DNA from: an uncultured delta proteobacterium
GTDB lineage: Bacteria; Desulfobacterota; Binatia; UBA9968
Assembly (NCBI GenBank): GCA_963816145.1
Contig: CAWFJP010000030.1
Span: forward strand, 416,001-480,000
Direction of reading: 5' to 3'
DNA: 64,000 nucleotides
Shown here: positions 62,583-64,000 of the stretch, piece by piece
How positions within the stretch are numbered: the stretch's first letter is position 1
How the letters are laid out: every line of letters begins with the position of its first letter
Notes under the pieces: model-generated
Databases searched by the model: none
Told to the model about the DNA's origin: nothing
The model's input: only the letters and a program-made list of their open reading frames with translations
Translations under genes and position numbers: made by a program

Positions 62583-64000
62583 CTATTGAGCGAGGCGATC
62601 GAATACTCGACCGCCGCCCTGCTTGCTCTCATCGCGCAGAATGTTCTTTTGCACCTTCGAGCTTGGCGTCTTGGGCAGTTCGTCGCGGTATTCGATAAAG
62701 CGCGGGACTTTGAAGGCCGCCAAATGCGGCTTACAGAAGTTCCAAATATCATGCGGCTTCACGATCTCAGGCGTCGCGCCTGATTTTAATACGATATAGG
62801 CCTTCACTTCTTCGCCGCGAATCTGATCCGGCACAGCGATCACCGCCGACTCGGCAACCCGCGGGTGTGAATTGAGCACCCGTTCCACTTCTTCCGACGA
62901 AATGTTCTCATCGCCGCGCCGCACCATGTCTTTCACCCGGTCAACGAAATAAAGGTAGCCGTCGGCGTCGAGATAACCGAGATCGCCGGTGTAGAGCCAG
63001 CCGCCCTTCAATGCCTTTGCCGTGGCCTCGGCGTTCTTATAGTAACCCTGCATCACCGTCGGACTCTGCTTGACGATCTCCCCTGCTTTGCCCGTTGGCA
63101 GTGGATTGCCTTGCTCATCGTGAATCGCCACGCGGTGGACTTCCGGCGCCAGCACGACGCCGCAACTGCCAAGTTTTTCCTTTGGCATGTTCCGCGGACC
63201 GATCACGCTCAGAATATCCTCGGTCAAACTGTAAGATGGCACACCAATGACTTTGAATCGTTCTTCGAAGCGCAAGTGCATCTCCGGTGACAACAAAGTC
63301 ACGATCAGACGCAACGGATTGTCGCCGTCTTCCGGTTTCTCCGGCAGGCTCAGCAAGATTTGCGGAATCGTCCGCATCAAGCTCGACGTGGTAATTCCCT
63401 GCTCACGCACTTCGTCCCAGAAACGCGACGCGCTGAATTTTTCGGTTAACACAATGCTGCCTCCCACCGACAGCATGGCGATACAGGTGTGACACAGCGC
63501 ATTGACGTGGAACAGCGGCAGCACACAGAGCACGCGATCGTTTTCATTCCAACCCAAGCCTTGCGCCCGCATGCGCGGCGCGAACGCGTAAGCGTACTGC
63601 GACAGCATCACCCCCTTGGGCCGGTCGGTGGTACCGGAGGTGTAGGTGATTGACGCCAGCTCTTCGGGATTGATGTCAATCTTCGGCGCTTTGTCCGAAA
63701 CGCCGCCTAAGAACAAGCTCCACGACTGCGCGCCGGCGAACTCGCCCGCGCCGGTGACGATTACGTGCTGGAGGTTGGCGAGTTTAGCGCGCACTGAATC
63801 GATCAGCGGCAACAGCTCGGGCGACGTAAGCACGATGGACGCCTCGGAGTGGTGCAACACATACTCGGCTTCTTCGGCGATGTACTGGGGATTGAGCGGC
63901 ACGAACACCGCGCCGATCCGGGTGACCGCGAAGACAGAGAACAGAAACTCACCGCAGTTGGGCAGAAAGAACGCGACGCGGTCGTTTTTTTGAACGCCAA
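62583..64000 (-). CDS. Acyl-CoA synthetase / AMP-binding enzyme (CaiC-like), 5' end outside window
   Basis: YTSGTTDRPKG, LPLFH, TGDLG, DRVKD and LPKTPSSKV motifs. Confidence 0.9.
   Translation of the reverse strand, partial: GVQKNDRVAFFLPNCGEFLFSVFAVTRIGAVFVPLNPQYIAEEAEYVLHHSEASIVLTSPELLPLIDSVRAKLANLQHVIVTGAGEFAGAQSWSLFLGGVSDKAPKIDINPEELASITYTSGTTDRPKGVMLSQYAYAFAPRMRAQGLGWNENDRVLCVLPLFHVNALCHTCIAMLSVGGSIVLTEKFSASRFWDEVREQGITTSSLMRTIPQILLSLPEKPEDGDNPLRLIVTLLSPEMHLRFEERFKVIGVPSYSLTEDILSVIGPRNMPKEKLGSCGVVLAPEVHRVAIHDEQGNPLPTGKAGEIVKQSPTVMQGYYKNAEATAKALKGGWLYTGDLGYLDADGYLYFVDRVKDMVRRGDENISSEEVERVLNSHPRVAESAVIAVPDQIRGEEVKAYIVLKSGATPEIVKPHDIWNFCKPHLAAFKVPRFIEYRDELPKTPSSKVQKNILRDESKQGGGRVFDRLAQ

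Overview
GC-rich bacterial chromosomal window. The style of the gene content (NMT1-type binding protein, amidohydrolase, cupins, VOC protein, short periodic intergenic inverted repeats) suggests a Candidatus Binatia/'deltaproteobacterial' genome, but that is inference only. Left part: a partial ggt, an AddAB-like helicase-nuclease pair plus a PolB-type 3'-5' exonuclease, and a bicupin-EutA pair with no eutBC. Next come an ArsR-headed, Ni-free Hyf/Ehr complex-I-like operon ending in a SulP remnant and a His-less GAF pseudo-kinase. These are followed by a CoxMLS-like molybdoenzyme with VOC/cupin/SBP neighbours, an unfused PhRel/CapRel-like toxSAS plus antitoxin pair, a Rieske oxygenase and argC. 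From about 35.7 to 62.4 kb lies a large potassium/ion-homeostasis island. It has a sigma54 promoter, two micro-peptides and kdpABC followed by a divergent P-II, a porin, a second P-II, a split KdpD, a KinB-like kinase, a REC-TPR protein and an AlgB-like sigma54 activator; there is no kdpE. It also has an NhaP antiporter and a second sigma54 operon (usp, REC-TPR, CMK-like/BON, secDF, REC-TPR, kdpC2-kdpA2 with an altered selectivity filter and no kdpB, MFS), and a KimA-like K+ symporter. Many genes carry single-base frameshifts, most likely consensus sequencing errors. No rRNA, tRNA, CRISPR array, transposase or integrase was recognised.
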